57,642 bases of DNA. Origin: a virus (lineage: Duplodnaviria; Caudoviricetes). The stretch's first letter is position 1. Each line of letters starts with the position of its first letter. Below, in pieces: positions 34,662 through 44,145 of this stretch. The notes beneath the pieces were generated by a model, which did no database searches, was not told the DNA's origin, and worked only from the letters and a program-made list of their open reading frames with translations. Location of the stretch: the IMG/VR virus record IMGVR_UViG_3300032093_000156, positions 1-57,642 of that record. One strand, written 5' to 3'. A program made the position numbers and the translations under genes.

Positions 34662-37315
34662 TAACAGGTTTTACTTGCGCCGGTCCAGTTTGATCCGTTC
34701 CACTCATACGCAACATTTGTAATTAAATTTAAATACCAACCAGCGGGCGCAGGATCTGTGCCAGCTAAGTTTGTAAAGATATAATTTCCTGGAACACCAA
34801 TAGCTCCATTGACGTAATAATTATCAATATCAAGAACTGAGCAAACAGATGATTGTGAAGAAGAGTATGACAGCGTAATCGGAGTCAATGGCGCAGCTGT
34901 CGTAGTCGTTGTCGTCGTTGTCGTAGTTGTCGTCGTTGTCGTAGTTGTCGTCGTTGTCGTAGTTGTCGTTGCTGCACACTCTGAGCAGCTACCATACGTA
35001 TAAAATATAGTTCCATTGACAACACCTGGGCCTACAGACGCTGTTATTGTGCAGCAATCTCCATTACTATCTTTTACATAATTAGGAAGCGTCAACGCGC
35101 TAAAACCTGTGTATTGCAATAATACAGCTGCACCGCCAACACATTTTGTGCCTGAGTAGTATCTAACAGGAATAGTTGTTGTAGTTGTAGTTGTGGTTAC
35201 CCCAGAGCATGCAGATATATTAAGTATTTGACCTGTATTTGCAATAAGACATGCGTAAGTAATTCCTGATTTTCTAACTAGATACCACAGGAAACCTCCA
35301 TTAAATAATGTTGTAGCGCCTGCATTAGTGTAAACAAAACTGTTTACTGCAAATGTACCTGTGTGATAGTAGGTTATATATGTAGGCGTTTCTAGGCATG
35401 CCGATCTAGCTGTTGTAAATCCACTTGTATCAATATCAAAACCAGTTACAGGAGTTGCTGTTGTGGTTGTCGTAGTACTTGTAGTTGTTGTAGTTCCTGT
35501 GCATGCTGTACAATCTGCATATATAACGACAGGCGTTAGCATATTGTAATATGGTGATGATGCTGTAGCTACTGAAGATATCCTCCAGCAGTTTCCATCA
35601 GTTGTTTTAACTATATTTCCGGTCACAATAACAGCCGCGGTAGTATCTCTTAATACGACAGATACTGATGGATCTGAACATGAATCTGCATTATAATAAT
35701 TACCAGCAGGAAGTGTCGTTGTAGTTGTAGTTGTAGTTGTCGTTGTGGTTCCAGCACATGTGCTTTCACCTATAACTGTACCATCCTCATCTATTTGTAT
35801 TGTATAGTCTGAGTCATTTATATAATACCACTTACCGCCACCCATGAATGGTTTTAGTGCTTCAGGATCGTAGAAAATTGTATCTGTAGTATTTGGGATA
35901 TATCCATTACCATTAAAATACATTAATGTGAATGTAGGTATAACCAAACAAGCGTCACTTCCAGATTCTTTAAATTGCTCCACATCAATTAAGAATGGTT
36001 TAAGGTCTCCAGGATTAGTAACGTTAACAGGTATTACAGCAGCAGATGATATTCCAAAGCAGTTTGTTGCTCTTAGTGTAATTGAGTAGTTCCCAGCCGG
36101 ACAGTTATTAAAGTATATAATACCGTCTGAAAAAACAGCCTCATTTGGTAATGTACTTGCTAGAATACTCCAAGATGTTGGGTTGTTTACAACTTCTATT
36201 ATTACATTTTCTACTGTATTTGTATCAACATTTATAGGGTCTGCAATAATAAAAGGAACGGCAAATTCAGAACATCTGCAACTTTGTTTTGAAGTAACAT
36301 CACCTGTAGATCCTACGGTTATGTAACTTAAGTTTGATATAGGAGGAGTAACACATAGAATTGTGTTTATAAGGTGAAGATAATCATCTCCAACATATAC
36401 ACTTGATCCGTCTGAAGAAGTAAATAGTTGGTCGCCAACACTTGGTAATACATCTGTTCCATTATGGTATAGAGAAAAATCAGGACACTGACTACAAACA
36501 TCTGATGGTATTCCAGCTGCTCTATCAAAGTAAAATTGTGTTAAGTATGGACTAATTTTATTTACAATCCATGTTGATCCACTGAATGGCGATGATACAA
36601 TTAAATTAGCTTCTCCGGTTGGCAAATTTTTATAAAACTCAATAACACCTGTTCCATTATCAATAAGCCCTGTATATGGAGCTATTAATCCAATTTCATC
36701 TTCAGGAACACCTGCTGCTATTAATGCGCTATAATTAGATGATGAATTAATCCCAACATACTTTGTATCAGCTACAATCTCACCATTCCATTCAACTTGG
36801 TATCTTGTAGGTTGATCAGGGTCAATGGTATTAAAACTAATACCAGCTCTCCCGATATTAGCTCCATAATTCATTTCAATTGATCGACTTTCAGTTACAC
36901 CTTTATAAGAGGCAACTGTATTCATTTTATCCTCATAATCCCATAATAAGTACACATACTCATAGTTGTTTGGATTAGAGAATACAAACTGACCTGTGAA
37001 TACACCGCCTGATAAAACAACAGGTATTTCAGTAGCAAGGCTAAGTATTGTTGACTTGTCATCGGCAGTATAGGCAACATTAGATACTAAATAGTAAAGC
37101 TTATTATTTAGTGTCGGGGCAAGTTGTCTGTAATCAGCTAATGCATCACCAGCAACAACAGTTACGGTAGATCCATTATAAGGAACATATCCAACACCAC
37201 CAATACCTGTAGATGAATCAAACAAAGCAATTGCACTTCCACTTAATACCACATTATCAATGGTATATGTTGAGCTACCTGTGTAGCTAAAAGATTGTTT
37301 AGTTTTTGAACTCAT
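34661..37315 (-). CDS. Mucin-like virion/tail protein with poly-Thr linkers and Cys-rich modules
   Basis: 884 aa. Four Thr runs (12, about 12, 8, 24) separate Cys-bounded modules. Repeated F.GG..WY..I...G module; Ig-like segment (YSITLRATN). Confidence 0.75.
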   Translation of the reverse strand: MSSKTKQSFSYTGSSTYTIDNVVLSGSAIALFDSSTGIGGVGYVPYNGSTVTVVAGDALADYRQLAPTLNNKLYYLVSNVAYTADDKSTILSLATEIPVVLSGGVFTGQFVFSNPNNYEYVYLLWDYEDKMNTVASYKGVTESRSIEMNYGANIGRAGISFNTIDPDQPTRYQVEWNGEIVADTKYVGINSSSNYSALIAAGVPEDEIGLIAPYTGLIDNGTGVIEFYKNLPTGEANLIVSSPFSGSTWIVNKISPYLTQFYFDRAAGIPSDVCSQCPDFSLYHNGTDVLPSVGDQLFTSSDGSSVYVGDDYLHLINTILCVTPPISNLSYITVGSTGDVTSKQSCRCSEFAVPFIIADPINVDTNTVENVIIEVVNNPTSWSILASTLPNEAVFSDGIIYFNNCPAGNYSITLRATNCFGISSAAVIPVNVTNPGDLKPFLIDVEQFKESGSDACLVIPTFTLMYFNGNGYIPNTTDTIFYDPEALKPFMGGGKWYYINDSDYTIQIDEDGTVIGESTCAGTTTTTTTTTTTTLPAGNYYNADSCSDPSVSVVLRDTTAAVIVTGNIVKTTDGNCWRISSVATASSPYYNMLTPVVIYADCTACTGTTTTTSTTTTTTATPVTGFDIDTSGFTTARSACLETPTYITYYHTGTFAVNSFVYTNAGATTLFNGGFLWYLVRKSGITYACLIANTGQILNISACSGVTTTTTTTTIPVRYYSGTKCVGGAAVLLQYTGFSALTLPNYVKDSNGDCCTITASVGPGVVNGTIFYTYGSCSECAATTTTTTTTTTTTTTTTTTTTTTTTAAPLTPITLSYSSSQSSVCSVLDIDNYYVNGAIGVPGNYIFTNLAGTDPAPAGWYLNLITNVAYEWNGSNWTGASKTC
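34898..34969. repeat. Thr-codon minisatellite (24 Thr; 18-bp unit x3)
   Basis: TGTCGTCGTTGTCGTAGT in three perfect copies at 34910-34963. Confidence 0.9.
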
Positions 37316-40300
37316 CTTTACCTAACGTTATAATATTGAAATCTGTTCTAGGTCCACGCCCTTGTATTAGAGTGTAATCTATTGATGTATTACAATAAGT
37401 GACTCTAAATATTACACTCCTTTGCGTACCCGTAGTATTGTTTTGAATTCTAGCATATATGTCTTGAGAACCTACACCTGATTGACAATACGGAGGTAAT
37501 TCAACCCAATTAGTTCCAAATCCATTATTAATTACAGCAATAGACCAACTTGTAGTTCCAGATAAAGCAAATAAATATTCAAGTTCCCCAGCTGTATTAT
37601 ATGGAAAACTACCTGCCGTTGGATTAATTGTTATATCACAAGGCGTATTTCTTCTAGATGTGGAGGCAAATACATAGTTTTGATTATATGGATCATAAGC
37701 TCCAAGTTTTGCCATATTAGGCGTGCTAATCATTAGATCTCTAAAGTAATCAGACATACCCATTCTAGATATCTCCATTACTTGATCACCATACATTTCA
37801 AGTACTGCCCCTCTTCTTGCATCAGAGAAATACATTTTATTCCCCCAAGTAGCAAAGCTTTCTGGATTTGATGATATACCAAATTCATAAGGTAATGCAA
37901 TCTGTGTTCCAAGTACTTCAGGCACTGATGCAACTGATCCACCGCCAACAGCATCAACTAATAAATTCTTACCATATAAAACTGATGTAATCTTATCTTG
38001 ATGCAATACAATTAAGTCAGTAGTTCTAGCATATAGTTTCTGAACTGAACCAAAGTTCTTATCTAGGTTTTTAAAATTTGCTGTAGATAAATTAAACTCA
38101 TTGAGTCTATTTATTGATGAATCCCATCTATATAGACCACTATAAGTAAGTGATGCTTCTTTTACTTGTTGTTCATAATCCTCAATAACACCACTAGCTC
38201 TTAAACTATACTTTAACCATGGTTGATTAAATCCATCAAGAATCCTGTTAGACTCTACACCATTACCATAGCAATAAGCATTATAGTCTGAGTTTTTATT
38301 ATTGGTGTTATTTAAGACAATGACTGCACCATTTAGTGAACTAGTTTGGTTTTTGTCAAAGCTATTGTCTGAAACTCCTCCAGGTATATTTGCAGTTGCA
38401 GCTGCATAATCAATTTCTATAGAATATCTATTAGGAACACTGACAACATTATAAAAACCAGCAGGTATGTTTGTAGCTGTCACATAAACTGATTGACCGT
38501 CTTGAAAATAATGTGGCAGTCTTTGTGGATCCTGCACTAAATAAACATTGCTTCCATTTGCAACACATTGATCATAACTCCATAACGCTATGTGGTTGCC
38601 ATTAACAATCGGATATGTTCTACTCATTTCATAGTAGATGTCCACATCGTCATTTGCAGGCACAGTTTCAGCAGTAAGTTTAGATCCTGGAGGCGTTTGA
38701 GTTATTTTCAATTGAACAGATATTTCATTTCTGCTAGATCCTTGATTTAATCCAAATCCTCTTACCAACATCCATTTTTCAGAACTAGCAGGATCGACTT
38801 CAATAACATTACTAGTAAATCCAAATGTGCTATATGATTGAGTTACATCAATAGCATTTCTAAATGTAACGGCAGCAGCATGTATATCTGTTCCATTTTG
38901 ATTGTATTGTATAAATGACTGATATGCTCCAGATTGCCAAAACCATTCCTCAATATCTGCATAATCTTTATCTGATACCCAAGACATAGAAGTAGCATTT
39001 TGGCCAGGTGCATTTATAGCTGCACCGTCATTTAATATATCGATTGAAATATTTGCACCTGCATATATTGCTCCTGGTCCTTTTATAGCAGCATGGCCAC
39101 CATATACTTGAGGATCATAAGATGCTAAATAAGGAGTATTTGGTTTAGGTAAGCCATATCCTCCATTAGGTTGTAATGGTGTTCCTTGGAATTGAGTTCC
39201 ACTTCTAACATTTATAACCCATTTATCTCCATTTGTATATCCACTTGAAGAGTCAAAATTAAAAACCAATGTGGTATCGCCGGATGTTAATGTTATAGGT
39301 GATGTGCTAATTGGTAAGTTAGCTATCCACCAAGATTGAGCTACATCTGTGGTCCATCTAAATGTAGTTGAGTTAAGTATTTCTATAGAAATCCTAACAT
39401 CGTCTAATGAACTAGAAGACGATTGGCTTACAGATATTCCTGGGCCCGTATTCGGTGTTCCATTAATAGAATAATATATAGGAGCGGAAATATAGAAAAT
39501 ATTGTTTTGTGCAACAGCAGGTGTTTGAGTTCCTGATGAATTGTTATCAGGACCTCTTCCACTTCCTAAATATGAATAAGTGTTTTGAGTAGGTATGTCT
39601 AAAAAAGTATCTATATAATCAGCTTTAATCTTAAAATATAACCCTTCTAAGGCTCCAGGTATATTATTAAAACCGGATTGCTTATACTCAAGCTCAAGTA
39701 CTTTGAATTTTTTATTTGAGTTTGTTGGGGATCCGTTTGCTGACTTAAATATTATATATCCATTAACCTTTATCTTATCTCTATCAGCTTCGTTAATTAA
39801 AAAATATCTATATAAATTATCCTTTAAAAAAGTAACAGGAAACAAATTATAATACTCTCCTTTAGACTGCTTAACAAATAATCTGTACCCAGTAGCCCAT
39901 ACAGGAGCCTCATTCTTTATATTAACAACCAAAGAATTTGCAGTACTTGAGTTATCTGGAGATATATATACTGAGTTAGACTGATTATTGCCTGGAGTTG
40001 AACTAGTAGATGCCCCATCAACAGATGTTAATATAGTAGTCATTCGACCATAATCATCTAAATAGGCGATACCAATCTCATAATCTCGATCGCTTCTCCA
40101 TGTTTGTTTTGGTAGTGATGTGATGGGCTCTGAAATATAATCTACAGTATAATTAACATCTATAAAATCATTTGTACTGTATCCTATTAAATCTCTGAAT
40201 TGAGTGTAATTACCCATAACTAATCTACTCCCAATGATATCTTGAGCTAAAGCTTTAAGAGGCACGTTGTCAAATAATCTAGTTACTTGATCTGAAGGAA

Positions 40301-41252
40301 GAGCTGCGTATGTTTTATTATTCATAAAGAAGAAACTATACGTAGAATTATCTTGTATACCTATTTCTTCCTTATTTAACGTCTCAACAATTTTTACATT
40401 AAGAGTTCTAGACTCCCAAACTAATAATTGAATTTCCTTAACAAACTCATTTCCAGTTTCAAATGTAACTTCAACCTGATTAAATTCATTAAGCATGCCT
40501 TTATTTTCACCTGTCTCTATATCAATATTCAAGAATTTTGGATTGAATGCTGTAGATGAAAATGGAGACATTGATGAGTACTCATTATCTAAGTACTTAT
40601 ATCGATAGCTGAAATAAACAAACTTGTCCTCAATATTATTTGGGTCTAATGTTGTAGACTGAAGTGTGCTTAATGATATAAAAGGCGAGTTAAGTGGTGG
40701 AGCGACAATTAGATTAATATCGTCGTCAATTCTAGTATCATTAACGCTATATGTCTTGCATCTATTAATATTAATCTTTCTAGGTGGGTTTAAGTTGTCA
40801 TTCCAAATAAGAAAACCACCACCCATACCGTCAGTAATGTAGTTAACACCAGTAATTAGATAATTAGCGTCAAAATTCAATCTAACATTATTTGAGTTTG
40901 GTATTTGACATCCAAGTACTAACAATGATGCATTAGTAATCTCATTGTATTCAAATATACCCTCAAAGTTATCAGCCTTTACAAACCAATATAATAAGTT
41001 TGATGGCTCATATGCTAATGCTCCTATAGTAACCGCATTTACTGCCGCAGGGATCTGGTAACTAGCAAGTATGTTATTTATGTTTGTTGTTAATGTGTTA
41101 CCAAGGGAATTCTGAACAGCACCAATATTTGATCCTTCTGATGTGTCAATAGTTATATTTACCGCATCACGGTATTCTCCATCAGGAACTAACCTCTCAT
41201 CGAGGTCTTTGTTCATTCTCCCGGCAAGAAATGTTCTTTGTAGGTCAGCCAT
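37299..41252 (-). CDS. Tail nozzle/stabilisation protein, N-terminal main part
   Basis: FLAGRMNKDLDERLVPDGEYRDAVN start, FSYRYKYLDNEYS, SRLVMGNY, YGNGVES, FGISSNPESFA..YFSDARRGAV beta-propeller-type motifs. Confidence 0.75.
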   Translation of the reverse strand: MADLQRTFLAGRMNKDLDERLVPDGEYRDAVNITIDTSEGSNIGAVQNSLGNTLTTNINNILASYQIPAAVNAVTIGALAYEPSNLLYWFVKADNFEGIFEYNEITNASLLVLGCQIPNSNNVRLNFDANYLITGVNYITDGMGGGFLIWNDNLNPPRKININRCKTYSVNDTRIDDDINLIVAPPLNSPFISLSTLQSTTLDPNNIEDKFVYFSYRYKYLDNEYSSMSPFSSTAFNPKFLNIDIETGENKGMLNEFNQVEVTFETGNEFVKEIQLLVWESRTLNVKIVETLNKEEIGIQDNSTYSFFFMNNKTYAALPSDQVTRLFDNVPLKALAQDIIGSRLVMGNYTQFRDLIGYSTNDFIDVNYTVDYISEPITSLPKQTWRSDRDYEIGIAYLDDYGRMTTILTSVDGASTSSTPGNNQSNSVYISPDNSSTANSLVVNIKNEAPVWATGYRLFVKQSKGEYYNLFPVTFLKDNLYRYFLINEADRDKIKVNGYIIFKSANGSPTNSNKKFKVLELEYKQSGFNNIPGALEGLYFKIKADYIDTFLDIPTQNTYSYLGSGRGPDNNSSGTQTPAVAQNNIFYISAPIYYSINGTPNTGPGISVSQSSSSSLDDVRISIEILNSTTFRWTTDVAQSWWIANLPISTSPITLTSGDTTLVFNFDSSSGYTNGDKWVINVRSGTQFQGTPLQPNGGYGLPKPNTPYLASYDPQVYGGHAAIKGPGAIYAGANISIDILNDGAAINAPGQNATSMSWVSDKDYADIEEWFWQSGAYQSFIQYNQNGTDIHAAAVTFRNAIDVTQSYSTFGFTSNVIEVDPASSEKWMLVRGFGLNQGSSRNEISVQLKITQTPPGSKLTAETVPANDDVDIYYEMSRTYPIVNGNHIALWSYDQCVANGSNVYLVQDPQRLPHYFQDGQSVYVTATNIPAGFYNVVSVPNRYSIEIDYAAATANIPGGVSDNSFDKNQTSSLNGAVIVLNNTNNKNSDYNAYCYGNGVESNRILDGFNQPWLKYSLRASGVIEDYEQQVKEASLTYSGLYRWDSSINRLNEFNLSTANFKNLDKNFGSVQKLYARTTDLIVLHQDKITSVLYGKNLLVDAVGGGSVASVPEVLGTQIALPYEFGISSNPESFATWGNKMYFSDARRGAVLEMYGDQVMEISRMGMSDYFRDLMISTPNMAKLGAYDPYNQNYVFASTSRRNTPCDITINPTAGSFPYNTAGELEYLFALSGTTSWSIAVINNGFGTNWVELPPYCQSGVGSQDIYARIQNNTTGTQRSVIFRVTYCNTSIDYTLIQGRGPRTDFNIITLGKDEFKN

Positions 41253-41254
41253 AA

Positions 41255-42163
41255 TTACTTAATCCATTTATCCTTGCCTCTCATTGCCATCAACAATCGG
41301 CCTGGGTGCATGTTGCTCAATCTGATTTTGGTATTTCTAAGGGCAGCTGTTTTATCCTTCTTAACCCTATTAATAATGTATTCTTGAACACCGAACTTAT
41401 TGTTAAGTAAGGCATATTTTAAATAAGCATAAATATATTCTTCTGCTAATTTATTGATAGAGATAGCGCTTGTGTCGCCGTTCTCCATTCCATCAGATAT
41501 ATATTCAAGTACAATGTAAGAGTTCTCTACACCTGATGTGAAATCAATCACACCGGCTGCTTTATTGATATAGTACTTAGGATTAATATTTGCATCTGCT
41601 GTATTTAAACCAAAGTTTTGTGCAATTGGATACCCAAAATACCATTCCCCGTCATACTCCCAACCCCATTGGTTATAGTATGGACCAGGGCCAACATAAA
41701 GTTTATTCTCCTGTCGTAAGATATCTAATCTTGACTCGCCAATAACTACCTCTCCATTCGAGTCAAATATAATCTGACCGTTGTTGTCTTGTAAGTATGC
41801 AGTTGCTGTTATGCTCTGTCTTGCCTCAGTAAGTGGATATAAAACACCATTTCTAAGCATTGATATTCTCACATAATTTACATAGTCAGGTGGTAATATC
41901 AACTTAAGTTGGTCCCCTAATTCAAATTCAAGTACTTTAATATTTCTAAGTGCATCATAATTAAGCTCTTGTATAGCTCTTTTCGCATGAAATAAAATAG
42001 TATATCTGTCGACATTATTAATCAACTTATCATTGCCAACATAGTTTAATATAAAGTTATTGACCATATAGTCAAGACTAACATATTGGTATGATCCCCA
42101 ATTTTCATCTTCAGGGACATTACCATTGTTGGTATAGTACTGATAGTTAGTTATATATGCCAT
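41255..42163 (-). CDS. Head-tail connector/ring protein
   Basis: FHAKRAIQELNYD, LPPDYVNYVRIS, LEYISDG. Position between capsid and nozzle genes. Confidence 0.65.
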   Translation of the reverse strand: MAYITNYQYYTNNGNVPEDENWGSYQYVSLDYMVNNFILNYVGNDKLINNVDRYTILFHAKRAIQELNYDALRNIKVLEFELGDQLKLILPPDYVNYVRISMLRNGVLYPLTEARQSITATAYLQDNNGQIIFDSNGEVVIGESRLDILRQENKLYVGPGPYYNQWGWEYDGEWYFGYPIAQNFGLNTADANINPKYYINKAAGVIDFTSGVENSYIVLEYISDGMENGDTSAISINKLAEEYIYAYLKYALLNNKFGVQEYIINRVKKDKTAALRNTKIRLSNMHPGRLLMAMRGKDKWIK

Positions 42164-42882
42164 TATTGTTTCTGTTGAATGTCTTGTACTTCTTCAGCTT
42201 TAGCTGCTGACACAACTTCTTGTTCTCTAATTGATATACCAGCGTACTCTAGTATCTTAATAACTAGATTGGCAAAATCATCTAACGGAAGTTCAAAGTC
42301 TTGATAGTTAGGATCTGATGGATTAAAGAATGGATCGCCTGATAACGTTTCTTGATATGTCCACACAGGATCTTTTGGATACCTTATATATTGTATAGTT
42401 ACATTAGATGTAATGGTTGTAGGATAAACCAATAAACCGTTTTGATCCATTGTATATACAGGGTATTTAGTAGTTGGTGCTGTAAGATTTGAGTTAACCA
42501 AATTCAATATCTTTCTGTGGCTAACTTTCTCAATTTCAGTAGAATTATTGTAAACAAGTTTCTCCAAGAAGAAATAGTTTTCAATACCAGTTGATGGATC
42601 TACCGGGAAATTAAACTTACTGGTAGCAATATTATATGTTGCCGATGTAAATACAGAAAAAGTATCAATTACTTCACCTATGTTTTTTGGTATATCAGTG
42701 TATCCCTCTCCATGCATTCTAGCATTTTGCTTATTGATTGCATTGCTGTAATTGTATACATACTGCCCGAAAATCTCAAGCTGTGCTTGCTTTGCAAACA
42801 AGTTAAACTCGAATGGCGTAATAAAGCCACGGTTGTCTTTGCTAATTATTGATAGGACGGTATTTCGAACGTCATTGATCAT
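42163..42882 (-). CDS. Tail adaptor/ring protein
   Basis: MINDVRNTVL..GFITPFEFNLFAKQAQ..YIRYPKDPVW..DFELP. ATG at 42882 preferred over the TTG at 42900. Confidence 0.65.
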   Translation of the reverse strand: MINDVRNTVLSIISKDNRGFITPFEFNLFAKQAQLEIFGQYVYNYSNAINKQNARMHGEGYTDIPKNIGEVIDTFSVFTSATYNIATSKFNFPVDPSTGIENYFFLEKLVYNNSTEIEKVSHRKILNLVNSNLTAPTTKYPVYTMDQNGLLVYPTTITSNVTIQYIRYPKDPVWTYQETLSGDPFFNPSDPNYQDFELPLDDFANLVIKILEYAGISIREQEVVSAAKAEEVQDIQQKQ

Positions 42883-42908
42883 CTGACTGCTTTTGTACAA
42901 AGATAAAT

Positions 42909-42940
42909 AAAAAAAGGCACTCCATTAGAAGTGCCCTTTT
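42909..42940. terminator. Intrinsic terminator (probably bidirectional)
   Basis: A-run, GGCACT-8nt-AGTGCC, then CTTTT. Confidence 0.65.
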
Positions 42941-42959
42941 AGTAGTAGTTTACTAGTGA

Positions 42960-43280
42960 TTAAGCAATAGCTACAGATGTAATCAATTGTTGTGTAGCGC
43001 CAACCAAAGGAAGTGCAGGAATAATAATTGCATCTGGATTAGAGAGAGCTTGGTTAGCAAAAGCCAATGCATTTACTACAGCTGCATGAGATGCGTAAGT
43101 AGCATCAGCAGTTGTAAATGTAATTGTAATAACATCAGCAGTAGCAACCCCACCTACAGCGGTAAGAGTCAATACAGTAGTGCTTGTGTATTCAATAAAC
43201 CACTCTGTGTTTGCTGGAATTAATTTCTTCACTAGTGCATCTGCTGCTCCAATCGTAAATTGTAAAAATTTCTTGTTCAT
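42960..43280 (-). CDS. Small virion (decoration-like) protein
   Basis: 106 aa, Ala/Thr/Val-rich, own -7 box (CAAATATA 43311-43318) and terminator. Confidence 0.6.
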   Translation of the reverse strand: MNKKFLQFTIGAADALVKKLIPANTEWFIEYTSTTVLTLTAVGGVATADVITITFTTADATYASHAAVVNALAFANQALSNPDAIIIPALPLVGATQQLITSVAIA

Positions 43281-43318
43281 CTTAAAACGTTTTAATAGTT
43301 AATAACTATGCAAATATA

Positions 43319-44080
43319 CTAATTCTCAGAAAATTTATCTTCTAGGTATTTGTATAGCTCTAACCCTTCGTCAGACTGCAAATAAGAAGCCAATGCATGG
43401 ATGTGGTCATGACCAAACGGAACGGTCATTAGACGCTTCTTATTGTCCTTGAAGTTATAGTGGATGTCTTTGTTTCCTCTGAAGGTTAAGTATCCTGATG
43501 TAAATGCGCGTGCTGCGAAGTTGTTGATTTTAAGCATTGGATCAGAAGCTGCCTCCATGAAGTCTTGCGGATAACGCTTAGCAAATAACATCATGTCTCT
43601 TTTTATTTCGGCAGAACTCATCTTATCTACATTACCTTTTAAAACCAATCTAGCGACTGCTTCCAATGTATTGATATCTTTATCTGCTAAATCACGAGCC
43701 AATAATAATGCATCAATTTCTGAGAATAATTCTTGAACATCTTCTTGGGCATCTTTCTCTGAATCAAATTCATAAAATTCACTTCCATTGCCAGGGTGGT
43801 AATGTAAGAATTCTTGAAGTACAGGATTATTTTTTGGAACATTTAGAATTCCATCTTCAAATACAATAGGCTCAACGATAACGTTGGCATCTTGTTCATC
43901 TTGAAATGGTGAGTTAGAATTTCGCGCGTAGCGAAGTGGATGGTTTGTGTTTGTCTCTTCGTTATAATAAAGTAGACGTTTGCGCGGAGTATCTTTATGC
44001 GCAATAAAATAGCTCAATGGAGCATTTTCAATTTTTAATAGGTAGGTGCGATCTTTCGCCTCTAGTTTTACTCTTTTCAT
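43319..44080 (-). CDS. Conserved protein downstream of the major capsid gene
   Basis: 253 aa, LRYARN..SPFQDEQ..IVFEDG..LQEFL. Confidence 0.75.
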   Translation of the reverse strand: MKRVKLEAKDRTYLLKIENAPLSYFIAHKDTPRKRLLYYNEETNTNHPLRYARNSNSPFQDEQDANVIVEPIVFEDGILNVPKNNPVLQEFLHYHPGNGSEFYEFDSEKDAQEDVQELFSEIDALLLARDLADKDINTLEAVARLVLKGNVDKMSSAEIKRDMMLFAKRYPQDFMEAASDPMLKINNFAARAFTSGYLTFRGNKDIHYNFKDNKKRLMTVPFGHDHIHALASYLQSDEGLELYKYLEDKFSEN

Positions 44081-44100
44081 TTGATATAATTTAACTTATT

Positions 44101-44130
44101 AAAAAATAGAGAGGGGCCGAAACCCCTCTC
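44101..44130 (-). terminator. Intrinsic terminator after the major capsid gene
   Basis: GAGAGGGG-6nt-CCCCTCTC stem followed by TATTTTTT on the - strand. Confidence 0.8.
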
Positions 44131-44145
44131 GTATTATTGGTTTTC

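Noticed and set aside
34661-37315. Diversity-generating retroelement target
   Set aside because: No reverse transcriptase and no template/variable repeat pair seen in the window.
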